In this document: piece after piece, positions 11,672 to 22,476 of the stretch
How the letters are laid out: each line of letters begins with the position of its first letter
Position numbering within the stretch: the first letter of the stretch is position 1
The notes under the pieces: generated by a model
Databases searched by the model: none
Seen by the model: the letters and a program-made list of their open reading frames with translations, nothing else
Told to the model about the DNA's origin: nothing
Source: Leidyana gryllorum EB-2025a
Lineage: Eukaryota > Protista > Apicomplexa
Reading direction: 5' to 3'
Length of the DNA stretch: 64,000 nt
Assembly (NCBI GenBank): GCA_048772705.1
Contig: JBLWGC010000104.1
Location: 1,178,001 to 1,242,000 of the forward strand
Program-made: the position numbers and the translations under genes

Positions 11672-12655
11672 ATGCCCGCTGCTATCAAGTTGACCAACCA
11701 GGGCCGCGCCTCCCGTTCCAACGTGGCACTATGCCTCCCATTGGTTGCTGCTTCTGCTACCAACCTCTCCATGCAGGCTATTGTGACTGAGATCAAATCC
11801 GACGCCAAGGTCCCTTTCGATGAGGTCCAACGGGCCAACAACGAGTACACTAAGATGCTCAACCCCACTGTTACCCCCAAGTCGAACACTATCGCTGCTA
11901 GCGTCATCGAGAAGGTGGTTGAGGTGACTCAGCCTCTCGTCGGCCGTGACAGCTCCAAGGCTATCAAGAGCGTGATCCAGTGCAAGGACAACTTCGCCAA
12001 GAATGGTGAGGAAGTTGTCGAAGAGGTTGTTGCCCAGAAGGCCAAGACCCCTGGTGCCGTCCGGGGTGGTTACGACAAGACCGATGCTGCCGCTAACCTG
12101 CCAGCCACTGAGCATATGCTCGCTAACATTGCCGAGAACTACGGCAACGCTGACAAGCAGCTCGTTAGAAACTTCGTCGCAAAGATGGAGGAGATGAAGA
12201 ATGTCAGTGGGGAATTGGCTGTTGCCAATGAGAAGGCGAATCAATTCAAAGTTGCATCTTTGGACGAGAAAGTCCAGAAGGTCCAAAGCTTGAAGGAGGT
12301 GCTGACCAAGGCTGAGGCTGCGTTGAAGGATGCCCTCTTACGTGAGTGTATTGCTTCTGGGCACGCTTCGAACGAAATGGCCATCGCTGCTGTCTCGTAC
12401 GGACTCCCCGCGGATGCCGCCATGTGGACTGACCAGCAAGCCGGGGACAATGAGACCCGCAAGGTCTTGAGATTCGTTGCTCGCGCTCAGAAGGCCGTCG
12501 AGACTGCTGAGGAGCAGGCAACTGGTCCTCAGGAGGAGTACAACAGGCTTGCAGCCGAGGTCAACGTCCTCGCTCAGAAGCACACCGCTGTTGGCGAGCA
12601 GCTCAAGAAGCTCTTCGTTGAGATCAAGGAATCCGACGCTGCCAACAAGGCCTGA
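11672..12655 (+). CDS. Intronless Ala/Glu/Lys-rich helical (coiled-coil) orphan protein, probably highly expressed
   Basis: 327-aa ORF with strong codon bias (GCC/GCT, AAG, GAG, AAC, ATC). An AT-rich 3' flank follows the stop. Confidence 0.75.
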   Translation: MPAAIKLTNQGRASRSNVALCLPLVAASATNLSMQAIVTEIKSDAKVPFDEVQRANNEYTKMLNPTVTPKSNTIAASVIEKVVEVTQPLVGRDSSKAIKSVIQCKDNFAKNGEEVVEEVVAQKAKTPGAVRGGYDKTDAAANLPATEHMLANIAENYGNADKQLVRNFVAKMEEMKNVSGELAVANEKANQFKVASLDEKVQKVQSLKEVLTKAEAALKDALLRECIASGHASNEMAIAAVSYGLPADAAMWTDQQAGDNETRKVLRFVARAQKAVETAEEQATGPQEEYNRLAAEVNVLAQKHTAVGEQLKKLFVEIKESDAANKA

Positions 12656-12808
12656 AATACATCATCACTTTTTGGTTTAGTAGCTAACAATGTGCAATAA
12701 CACTGTAATTGAAACTCTCTCTCACTCGAGCGTTGCGCCACCGGCACAGTAGAACCACATCAATATTCTAAAATTTCGATTCAGCCAGAACCACAGAGTG
12801 CTTCTGAG

Positions 12809-14069
12809 ATGAAAGTGAATATCAAAGCCGCCGGCGATCGGGCCTTTACGGTGGAAGTGGAACCCGACACAACTATTGAAGCCCTTGGCAAGAAGTTGGC
12901 CTCTGAGCATGATTTGCCATCAGATGTCTCTCGGTTAGTTTACAGAGGACGAATCTTGAAAGGCCCTGTCACTCAAACGCTTTCGAGTCACGGGATCACC
13001 GATGGAGCCACTATCTACATGGTACGTTCCAATTGAGAAAAAGCTTGCTCACCTCGACACTATTCACGCTCAGCTCAAGACAGCAGCTGCTGCCACTTCC
13101 AACACTTCTACCGATAACACATCAACAACAGCTGCTCCAGCTGCTGCCACCACTCCGGGAGCACCAGCCCAACCAGCCGCCGCTCCGCGAGCAGCAGCCG
13201 CCCCCAATCCTTTCGCGGCTTTGGGCAATTTCGGTGGCCTCGGCGGTGGCATGCCCGGTATCGATCCGAGTATGATTTCGAGTATGATGCAAAATCCCAT
13301 GATGCAACAAATGATGAATGACATGATGTCCAACCCTGAGATTATGCGAAACGTTATCCAATCCAACCCAATGCTCCAAAACATGGCAGTAAGCACAACA
13401 ATCCCAACTCTTCTCTTACGTACTCCTCCCAGGCATCCAACCCCATGCTGAGTCAAGCCCTCAGCGACCCTGCTCTGCTACAACAGATGATGAACCCAAG
13501 TATGCTCCAAGCAACTCAGCAGATGCTCGGTGGAGCCGCACGCGGGACACCACAGAACCCTCCCGCTGCCACACCTCAACAACCATCCACCCAGCAGACT
13601 CCCCCAGATCTCAGTGCATTACTCGGAGGACTTGGAGGTCTCGGAGGAGGACCAGCCCCAGGAGCTGCACCTGGAGGGGGCAATGACTTCATGGCGTCCA
13701 TGACGAGAATGATGCAGGACCCCGCTATCCAGCAGCAAATGAACTCCCTGATGGCCAACATGGGAGCTGGAGGCCCGATGGGTGGCCTTGGCGACCTCCT
13801 CGGTGGATTTGGTGGCATGCCCGGCAACCCGGCTGGAGGTGCTGCCGCAGGTGTACCTCCCATGGATCGCACAGCTGCAGCCGAAAGGTAAATGTTCCTT
13901 TGTGATCCTTCTCATGACGCTCCAACCTTCCAGATATGCTGACAGCCTCAAGAGCTTAGAAGACATGGGCTTCCTGGATCGTGATGCCAATCTGCAAGCT
14001 TTGATGGCTTCCAGTGGCAATGTCAACGGCGCCATTAGCATCCTCTTGGAACGTGGCTTCGGGAACTAG
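12809..14069 (+). CDS. DSK2: Ubiquilin/DSK2 (UBL-STI1-UBA proteasome shuttle factor)
   Basis: Has an N-terminal UBL (RLVYRGRILK...SHGITDGATIYMV), M/Q/N-rich STI1 repeats (MMSNPEIMR) and a C-terminal UBA (LEDMGFLDRDANLQALMASSGNVNGAI). Three short introns. Confidence 0.92.
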
Positions 14070-14205
14070 GCTTTTCAAAAATGTATACGACTCTGATACA
14101 AATCAACATATAGCTCCACCGAGCGACAGACAACCCAAACCCCAAATAGGCACCACGAAATAACACTGCCCGCACCTTGAGGGATCCTTCATCAGATTTT
14201 TGATA

Positions 14206-14700
14206 ATGAAAAAGACGGTGACAGCCGCTGCGATAACTGGAGCGGCTTATGTCCTCTGGTCCAACTTTAAAGTTGTGCGGTCGGTGGGACCTTCTATGGA
14301 GCCTACCATCCCACAGGAAGGGTCTTGGCTGCTCATTGCGCGGACCAACAGATGGCTACGACCAGATAGAATCATTGTGTTCCACCAGTATCGGCCCAAC
14401 GGGCTCATCTCTGCGTGCAAGCGCGTGTGTGCTACGGTAAAAACCGGGGGCTTCTTGTGAAACAAAGTCATTTTCAGGAGAAGCAATCAGTCAAAGGCAC
14501 TTCGTTGATCGTTCCTCAACAGCATGTGTGGGTTCAGGTAGGTAGCCAGTATGTGGTGCTGTTCCATCACGCACGTGTCTTCCCAGGGCGATTGCCCAGA
14601 CCAAAGCCGCGACTCCCGATTCTATGGAGCTGTCGATCTCAACCTGGTGTGGGGTCAGGTGATAGCGCGATTATGGCCAGCGCCAGCCTTTCTCTACTAG
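14206..14700 (+). CDS. IMP1: Mitochondrial inner membrane protease subunit (IMP1/IMP2, peptidase S26)
   Basis: Contains VGPSMEPTI (catalytic Ser), CKRV (catalytic Lys) and VPQQHVWVQ-GDCPDQSRDSRFYGAV. Two introns. The stop TAG is at 14698-14700. Confidence 0.88.
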
Positions 14701-16365
14701 AAGCCCCCGTCATCTTCTTTCCCACAATTGCGAGCTGCGACATATTCCTCGATCAGATTGAGAACAATCTCTCGCGAAAAATCGAATTCGTCTAGATTTT
14801 GTGAGAACATTGCTTCTTTCCTGCGGGAGTTAACAACGACTGTTGAACCGAGGGACGAGCGACACTCACCGATATTGATCTAAGAAAGCTCCACGACGTA
14901 TGAGCACGTCGTACTGCTTGGCGCACGATTGAAACAACTGGAAACAGCGTAACAGGATCACGCAGGGGAGAGGTCTTACTGAGGCGATGGAGGTATGGTT
15001 TGCCATCATCAAACCAGAAAGCTTATTCTTGTTTTGTGTATAGCAGGATTGTCGGGCCAAGGTCACCTGCGCCCATCGTAAAGATTTGTAGAGCAACAGC
15101 AACCCACCTGTATGGAAGCTGGGCCCCAATTGATGAACTCGGCGAGTCGACGGTCCTGTACCCGCTGTAAAGCGCTGCGAACCTGAGCTGCGTCAGGTTG
15201 CCCTCTCAGAATATTCAGCAAGCTAATGTATAAACCACTTTGGGTTGGCAAGTTGCACATGAAGCTATTTTGATTAAGAAGCCGCCGCATAACGTCAAAC
15301 GGAGTAGTCTTAGTGATGGACAAATGTTTCATCTTCTCCTCCTCCACTTCGAGTGGAGTCAGCGAGCAAGCCACAAAGTGACAGCGAGGTGTGGGGACCA
15401 GTGGTGCCAGTGTGCTCATGAGGTTATTGTTCACGAACCCGGGGAACCTCAGTGTAGCAGTGCTCGCCGCCATCGCAGTGGCGACCAAATAGTTCGTCTG
15501 ACTGAAACTTGGACATTCCAGTTTCAACTGATTCACCGCGATTTTGTTCAACGCCGAATTGTCCAGAGCCACCACACAATCTGCGTTCAATGTTAGCCGC
15601 TTCAAAGTCAATATCGAATTGTAGGGCTGGACCACCACGTCAGAAGGATGTTTGTCCAACATGGGGAAGATCTGTCCGTAAGGGATATTTGACGCGTGCC
15701 TGGACGAGTGATGCTCACTGAGTATGTTTGAACCAGTTTCTTGGGATACCGGTCGCTCATTGCTTCCAAGAGAAAAGAGCCCATCCCACTTCCTGTGCCT
15801 CCAGCCTGAAAGAGTCTCGTAAGCAAACGGCTGGAATCACTCACTATGGCGTGACACAGAATGAAAGCTTCCATGCTGTCTGTATTCTCGGCTTCGCGAT
15901 CAATCATATCGAATAACTCCTCCTGGACATCGGAAGCTTGCGCGAACCCGGAAGCCCAAATGTTTCCAGCGCCACCTCCATGAGTTGAGGTCCAAAAGTT
16001 CTCAGGATTGTACAGCTCGCGGTAGTGAGAGGTGGTCTGCAGAAAACGCCATACCGATGAGCTCACAACATCACCGACCTTTATACTGTTGAGGACTCTC
16101 GGCTCCAGATCGAAGAGCAGCGCTCGAGGCACGAAGGTCTCAGAGTCTGATTGATAAAAGAATATGTCCTTCCGATCGATGACATCATTCGGGTCCACCG
16201 CCGCGTCCAGCCGTCCTATGATAGATAAAAGTCATTCACAACCTCACTCTGTTAAGCCTCACCATCGGCTAGAATACCGTGCTCAGCACACAGCCGTTTC
16301 CATAGCTCCTGACCAAGTTGGTTCCCACATTGGCCCACTTGCAATGTAACTATTTCTCTTGGCAT
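14697..16365 (-). CDS. TUBG1: Gamma-tubulin (multi-exon)
   Basis: Contains [27 protein letters not shown]...[52 protein letters not shown] and [11 protein letters not shown]. Confidence 0.96.
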
Positions 16366-16382
16366 TTTGTAGCTTTTATCGT

Positions 16383-17560
16383 CTACCCAATCAAGGAATC
16401 TTCAGTGGGCAGAAGTTCGACAATTCCATGATCACTACTGGTCAGATGGGCTGGAAAAAGCTCTCCATAACAATCCCGACACAGATATGTGGGAGAGATC
16501 GGCAGTAACAGACTCTCGGACACCTCTAACTGTGCCGCGTGCATACAACAGGCTTCGCATCTCCGGCAGGCCAACGGGGGAATCAGGAAGTATGAGACAT
16601 CAGCTTCATGTGGCCCCGCTGGCAAAGCGCGCCGCTGCTTGAACCTCCATCGGAACAAGTGACTCCCAAATGCAACAAACTGTACGTCGCTATCCTTTGC
16701 TGCCCCCACACTCAATCCCCTGCACAGAGCAAAGGACTTTATCCACGTCATCGATGTAGAGCAACGTACCAACGGCTGTTGTCACTGCCACTCTCAATGC
16801 TGCTCCTGTCACTACCTACCTCGGCACCCTCACTATTGAATAATCGCACCTGCGGCAGCAACTCGGGAACCTTGCCATATGCTGAGGACAAGGCGAAGAC
16901 AGGCACCGCTAGCCGCCGCACCGGGCACTCCTGATGCGCAGCCATCGTCTGACGAATGTGACGTGAATTGTCCCATCAAACGCGCTTACCAGAGCATTGG
17001 AAGTGTCGAGATGAAAGGCATTATTCTTATTGTTGACATGCAGTAGTGTGAGTTCCCAGAACGGCAACTCGACAGATTCATTGATAGTACCAGCAGCATC
17101 ACGCCGGCGCTTCACACGCCTCAAGGTGTTCTGCAGCCGGCTAGGCGTGCCCTGGCCCGTCAAGCCCTCCATTAGGTCGTTCATGAAACTACGATGAAGC
17201 CCAACGCGCTCCAGCGGGTGATATGATCGATACAGCTTTTGCTTCCATAACGAGTAATCCGAAAGAGGACACTCTGCAGGAGACTCAGTCAGGTATATTG
17301 GACGCCGATTCTGCGGGGGAGTCAACCGGAATGCAATACGGTTGAGGCGTCCAGGTGTACGTAATCCGGGGTCTGAACATGAAGTTACCGAGATGTCTAC
17401 GAGGCGCACACACGTGTGCTTGGTACTTACGGCGTGCCAACATCTTCTCTATAGGCCTTTTCGAGAGCGTATCGGCCACAACTTCGGGTGTGAAAGGTTC
17501 AAGAAGACTTGGAGGGGCATATCTGTTGCCCTCGTCCACATTGCGCGAAACTGTGTCCAT
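16383..17560 (-). CDS. SNAPC3: snRNA-activating protein complex subunit 3 (SNAP50)-like protein
   Basis: The C-terminal [35 protein letters not shown] resembles zf-SNAP50_C. Three short GT-AG introns link the ORFs in frame. Confidence 0.6.
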
Positions 17561-17611
17561 TCCGAACAGAAATTTCACCCCCCACCCGTCCGGAAATAGA
17601 AGTGTAGCGTG

Positions 17612-19281
17612 ATGCTTCCTCTTTTTAAGTCCTCTTCACAGCTCTGGGCTGCTCGTCGGATCCCTCAAAGTCTCTTTGCTGCCCCTCGACTCTTTACCGC
17701 AAGATCTTTGAGAGGAGTTATTGCTGGCCGTCATGAAACGATCTCTACCCGAACAGTGAGTGGGACGAATGGGGGGAGATGTCGACGGAAAGAGCTTTCG
17801 TGTAGCTTTCGTTACCCCTGCGAGAGTTCGATCCCACTCTCTTCAAGCTGATATGTCAAGAGAAGAAACGTCAAGCGGAGACTATTTCCCTGATCGCTTC
17901 TGAAGTAAGTTTGGTGCAGATCACTAAACTACCTGGCTGCATTTTTGAGTAGAATTTCATCCCGAGATATTGCAGTGAAGCTTTGGCGAGCTGTTTGTCG
18001 AGTAAGTATTCTGAGGGCTTGCCGCATACAAGATACTATGCCGGGAATGAGAACATTGACAAAGTTGAAGAGCTGTGTCAAAAGCGTGCCCTCCAAGCCT
18101 TTAAGCTTTCACATGAGGAGTGGTGTGTCAATGTTCAAGCCTTATCGGGATCTCCTGCCAACTTGGAGGTCTTCATGGGCCTCTTGGAAGCGCATGATCG
18201 AATATTGTATCTAGATCTCACTCATGGAGGTCATTTGAGTCATGGGTTTGAAGCTCCTGGGGGCAAGAAGATCACAGCGACGAGCAAATTCTTCAATTGT
18301 GTGCCCTATCGTTTGAACGAGGCGACGAACCTGATTGACTATGATGAGATTGAGCTCCTAGCCCAACGTGTTCGGCCCAAACTCATTATTGCGGGATACT
18401 CGGCATACCCCCGACTTCTCGATTACGCACGGTTCAGAGCTATTGCCAATTCTGTTGGGGCTTATCTGATGGCTGACATTGCTCACATCGCAGGCCTTAT
18501 GGCTGGGCAAGTCATTCCATCTGCCTTCACACACTGTGACATCGTGACCACCACCACCCACAAAACCTTGCGCGGGCCCCGAGCTGCTCTGATCTTCTGT
18601 CGCCCGCACCTCAAGGACGCCATAAACGGGGGAGTGTTTCCTGGGTGTCAAGGCGGCCCTCACAATCACACGATTGGAGCTGTAGCTGCAGCCATGAAAG
18701 CTGCATCTGAGCCCGAGTTCTCGGCTTATCAGTCACAAGTGCTGAAGAATGCCCAATCAATGGCACAAGCTCTCACGAAAGGGAATGTGGAGATTCTCAC
18801 GGGGGGGACAGACAACCATCTGCTCCTGCTGGATCTTCGACCTCAGGTGAGTCAAACGAGCGCATCATGACAAGATTCGTGCTCTTAGAACATCAAAGGC
18901 GCCAAAGCTGAGAAAGGCTTGGAACTCGTGAATTTGATCACCAACAAGAACACTTTGCCTTTCGACAAGAGTCCCTTGAATCCGTCTGGATTGAGGATCG
19001 GCACTCCCGCCATGACCAGTCGTGGTTGTCATGAGAGGGAGGCACTTCAAATTGGGGAGATTATCGTCAGGACGCTCGAAGCGATCCGTCGGGTGGACAA
19101 GAAGAGCAACATGAAGGCTAAGGAGTTTGCAGAAGCTTTTGCGGTTTCTCGCGATCGCGAAGAGGTAGGTGTACTAAAGTGTGTGTTAAGATCGTGCGAT
19201 TGTCGCGGTTCTCAGTTGCTCGATGAGGTGAAGACACTGGCACGAAAGTTGCCCACAGTAGTTAGTGCCCTTTATGATTGA
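17612..19281 (+). CDS. SHMT: Serine hydroxymethyltransferase with putative mitochondrial presequence
   Basis: Contains LIASE-NF, KYSEGLPHTRYYAG, LSGSPAN, GGHLSHG, TTTTHKTLRGPR (PLP Lys), GGPHNH, GGTDNHL and SGLRIGTPAMTSRG. The N-terminus is R/S/L-rich and poor in acidic residues. Confidence 0.96.
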
Positions 19282-19320
19282 GTGGAAAAAAAGACGTTCG
19301 ACACCATATCGATCAGTGTG

Positions 19321-22300
19321 ATGGAATCAGAGGCCCAAACTGCCCGGATCACGAGCAGTGCCACTCAGGCGGAGACCACTTCGGATGATTTTTACTCTAT
19401 TGAGGATTACACAACTGTATCACCATTCGAGCGAATTGTCAAAAGTCTCCTGAGTAAGTTGAAAGTATGGCGCGTCGATTTGTTGTGGAATGCGCCCGAT
19501 GGAGCTCCGATCAAATTGGCTGCCATCTTGCCATTCGGCGAGTTGGGTATACAACACTATTTGCGCTTGACTGCAACTCGTATGAAAAGAAAACGTCGAG
19601 GCTCGCCTTTCTATGCTAAGGCCTCCAAGTACCAACGATGGTTCGGGCTGGATGAATTCTTCGCGCTCGAAGTTATCACCGACCCGGAGGCCGAAAGTGT
19701 GGGGACTCTCCGATACGAGACTGCCAACACGTGAGCTACATGCCAATAATGTGAGGCAGCAACGTATGGATTGCATCAAATTGCCTGTCGCTCCGTCGAA
19801 CTATTATATTATGTCAATGAGCGTTTTATCTATAGGTTGCTGAATGCGTTGAAATGCGCCCTGGATGGGGTACCCATCCACGGAGTCGCCGCGTTCGTGT
19901 GTCGCGATGGAAGTTTCGCCGATCATCACATCGGCACATTGATCAAAGATTCGTAAGGGGAGCCCTATCCAGAGAGTGTCAGATGAGAAGCGTCAGAACT
20001 GTCTGTCTTCTGCAGCTCATCGGAGTTGAGTATTCGAGAGTTTCAGTCGACCTCAGAGAGGTCGGGTGACGAATTGATAGAGTCACTGCTCGATTATCTC
20101 AAAGATTCAGCCGCTGTGAACCCTGGGGCAGGCCTTTTAAGTACTATTGCAGCGCGAGACGTCAATTTGGCTGCGGCCGGATTGTTGTTCCACACCTATA
20201 TGCGGCTTCCGCTAGCGGCTGGCAGCGGTGGAAGTGATCTCACCTATCCGGAGGTGCGAACTAACATGCGCTACGTCTATGTGCTGGACAACTGGCCAAG
20301 CTTCCTGGACATCGTGTCGGCGAGGAAGGATCTCACTCAGGAGTTATGCGGCCTCCTCTCCAATGAGATCAAAGAGCAGCATGTTCAGCCTGTGCGAGCG
20401 ATCCACGGATTCGTCACCTACAGTGAGTAGAGGAGCGGACAAGTATGCGATCTCTCTCCTCTCTCAGCCTCTTCGTTTTGGACGAGCGGTGACCTGAAAC
20501 CCCTCCCAGAGGCCTTACAGTCCGACAACGGCGTGGAGGGTGATGCACGCTTGTCAGTTAGGCCTCTGTTCCACAACGGCAGCAATAGGACTCAAACGGA
20601 CGGTCAATGTTGGGGACCTCTGAGTGTGGGATTGGACATATTGAATGGACTCATGACAGAAGCGGCTGAGTACTGGGAGTCGTTGCCCAAAGACTTTGTG
20701 CCACGTCGGGTGACCACGGGGAATATGGGCGGCCCTTCGCGGTCAATGGACGATGACAATGCCTCTCTGAATTCAGCGTACATTCGTCTGCCTCTATCCG
20801 AAGAAGTCAGCTATGGCGAGAATCTGGTTTTGTTGCTGTTCGCGAGCGGTCACAAGTCTCTGTCGGAGCGATTCTGTGACTTTGAGAAGTTCCTGAAGTG
20901 TAAGTGCCCACTGAAAAGGGGGGGATTGAACCTCTGTCAGACGCTCGTTATTGTCTGAAGGCATCGGTGCCTTTGTGTAACTACGTGTTACCACCGCCGA
21001 CTAAGATTCCTTGGCCTCGAACGCGTTTCTCGTTGGCGCGGGCATTCGACACAATTCTAGCTGTGACGCTCAAGCAATGGCTGAAGGGCAAACTGCAACA
21101 TTTAGACGAAGAGGTGTCGTTCACATATGATGAGTTGATGGCTGCGGTGCAAACGTTGATAAATCCGACTCCTTACACGAGCGAACGCCGTACCATGTTG
21201 CATGAGCAGTTGACTCAAGCCGAACAAGCTAAGATTGAAGGGCGTGGATCCAATACGCCAATCATTGAAGGAATCGGAGTGACTGACAATGACATCAAAC
21301 TATACAGTTCTTTCCTGCGAGGGGCGATTCTGTTGCATTTGGTGACGAGTAGTCCGAGTTGGCATCTCCACAACAGCGGTACCGTTCGTCTGGGGGACTA
21401 CTTTGTCATTTGGAGAGATTGTGCTGATACCGTACAGATTGAGGAGAGGGCAATTCGAAAACTGCCCCCGAGCCCCGAGGTTGATCCGTTGCCATTGAAA
21501 GCCGGCACTCTGTGGCTTTTCGCGTCGAAAGTGGTGGAGATGAGACATCCGACATTGACTGACATGGAGTTCATTTTTCCTGACGAGTCGTTTGACGCTG
21601 AGTTTGTGCTGAGCAGTCTGGAAGAGTACACAGGTGAGGCATTGGTTGTCATTGTGGTGGTGTTGTGTGGAGTCGTATTGAATCCTTTTGGTACCACAGC
21701 TGGACAAATTCTGGGTATGGCGTATGATCAACTCATCTATCGTGCTGGGCGCCTGCTCTATCGATACCTCGGGAACAAGTTGGCTTATGGTGTCAATGAA
21801 GCTCTGAAACTGTTCACGAACGGATTGGCACAGTGCTTCAATGGCACGGGGGATAGAGAGGCGATTGAAGCGTTGGTGGAGAGTGTGTGCGAGTGGCGGA
21901 CGAGCTGCAGTGACTGTCTGAGACCACTACCAATGGAATGTGTGATGGATGAACGGTGTAGGAGGCAATTGATGGAGGTGGTTGGGACGGCTGAGAGTCA
22001 TATGTACATGACGGCTGCTTTGGAGACAAAGTTGCCGATGCTGAGGGTGAGTCAAAGGCATAAGTAGTGAGCAATGGCGTCTTTCTTATTTATTATCCAG
22101 GATTGGACGATTCAACGCTTGGTGTTGATGCCGGAGCATAGTGAGGAGGTGTTGATCACCGATGCGGCAGATCAAAGTGTTTTGATGGATGTCTTGAGAA
22201 CAATAGGGACGGGTGGTGGCGCCAGTATGACAAGTGATGCAACTTCTTGCTTGCAGTCCACAGAGTCACTGGTTGGCCAATTGTCGCCCCCGTTCCTGAA

Positions 22301-22469
22301 AGAGTTCATATTACAGTGGACGGGCGGTCACGTCGATTGTGACCTCGAAGGAGGCTCAAGTCAGCCGCAGGAGGGTGCGAGCGAGAATCAGGAAAAGGGT
22401 CGTGCTTACATAGCCTGGCAGGATGAGGAGTTCAGGATAGCGTGGGAAGTTGAGACTTTTTTATTTTAG
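19321..22469 (+). CDS. RAB3GAP1: Rab3 GTPase-activating protein catalytic subunit-like (multi-exon)
   Basis: The N-terminal FYSIEDYTTVSPFERIV..L..W resembles the Rab3GAP1 motif FEITDFTTASEWERFI. The C-terminal PP..KEFIL...RAY....EEFRIA resembles P..REFIL...RMY....DFRLA. Confidence 0.7.
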
Positions 22470-22476
22470 GGTGTGA

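Noticed and set aside
11729-12583. Long antisense ORFs opposite the 327-aa orphan
   Set aside because: They are shadow ORFs expected from strong codon bias on the sense strand.
19282-19316. SHMT-Rab3GAP fusion via the intergenic GT...AG stretch
   Set aside because: The donor (GTGGAA) is weak and lies after the stop. The last SHMT donor (phase 0) is out of phase with this acceptor.
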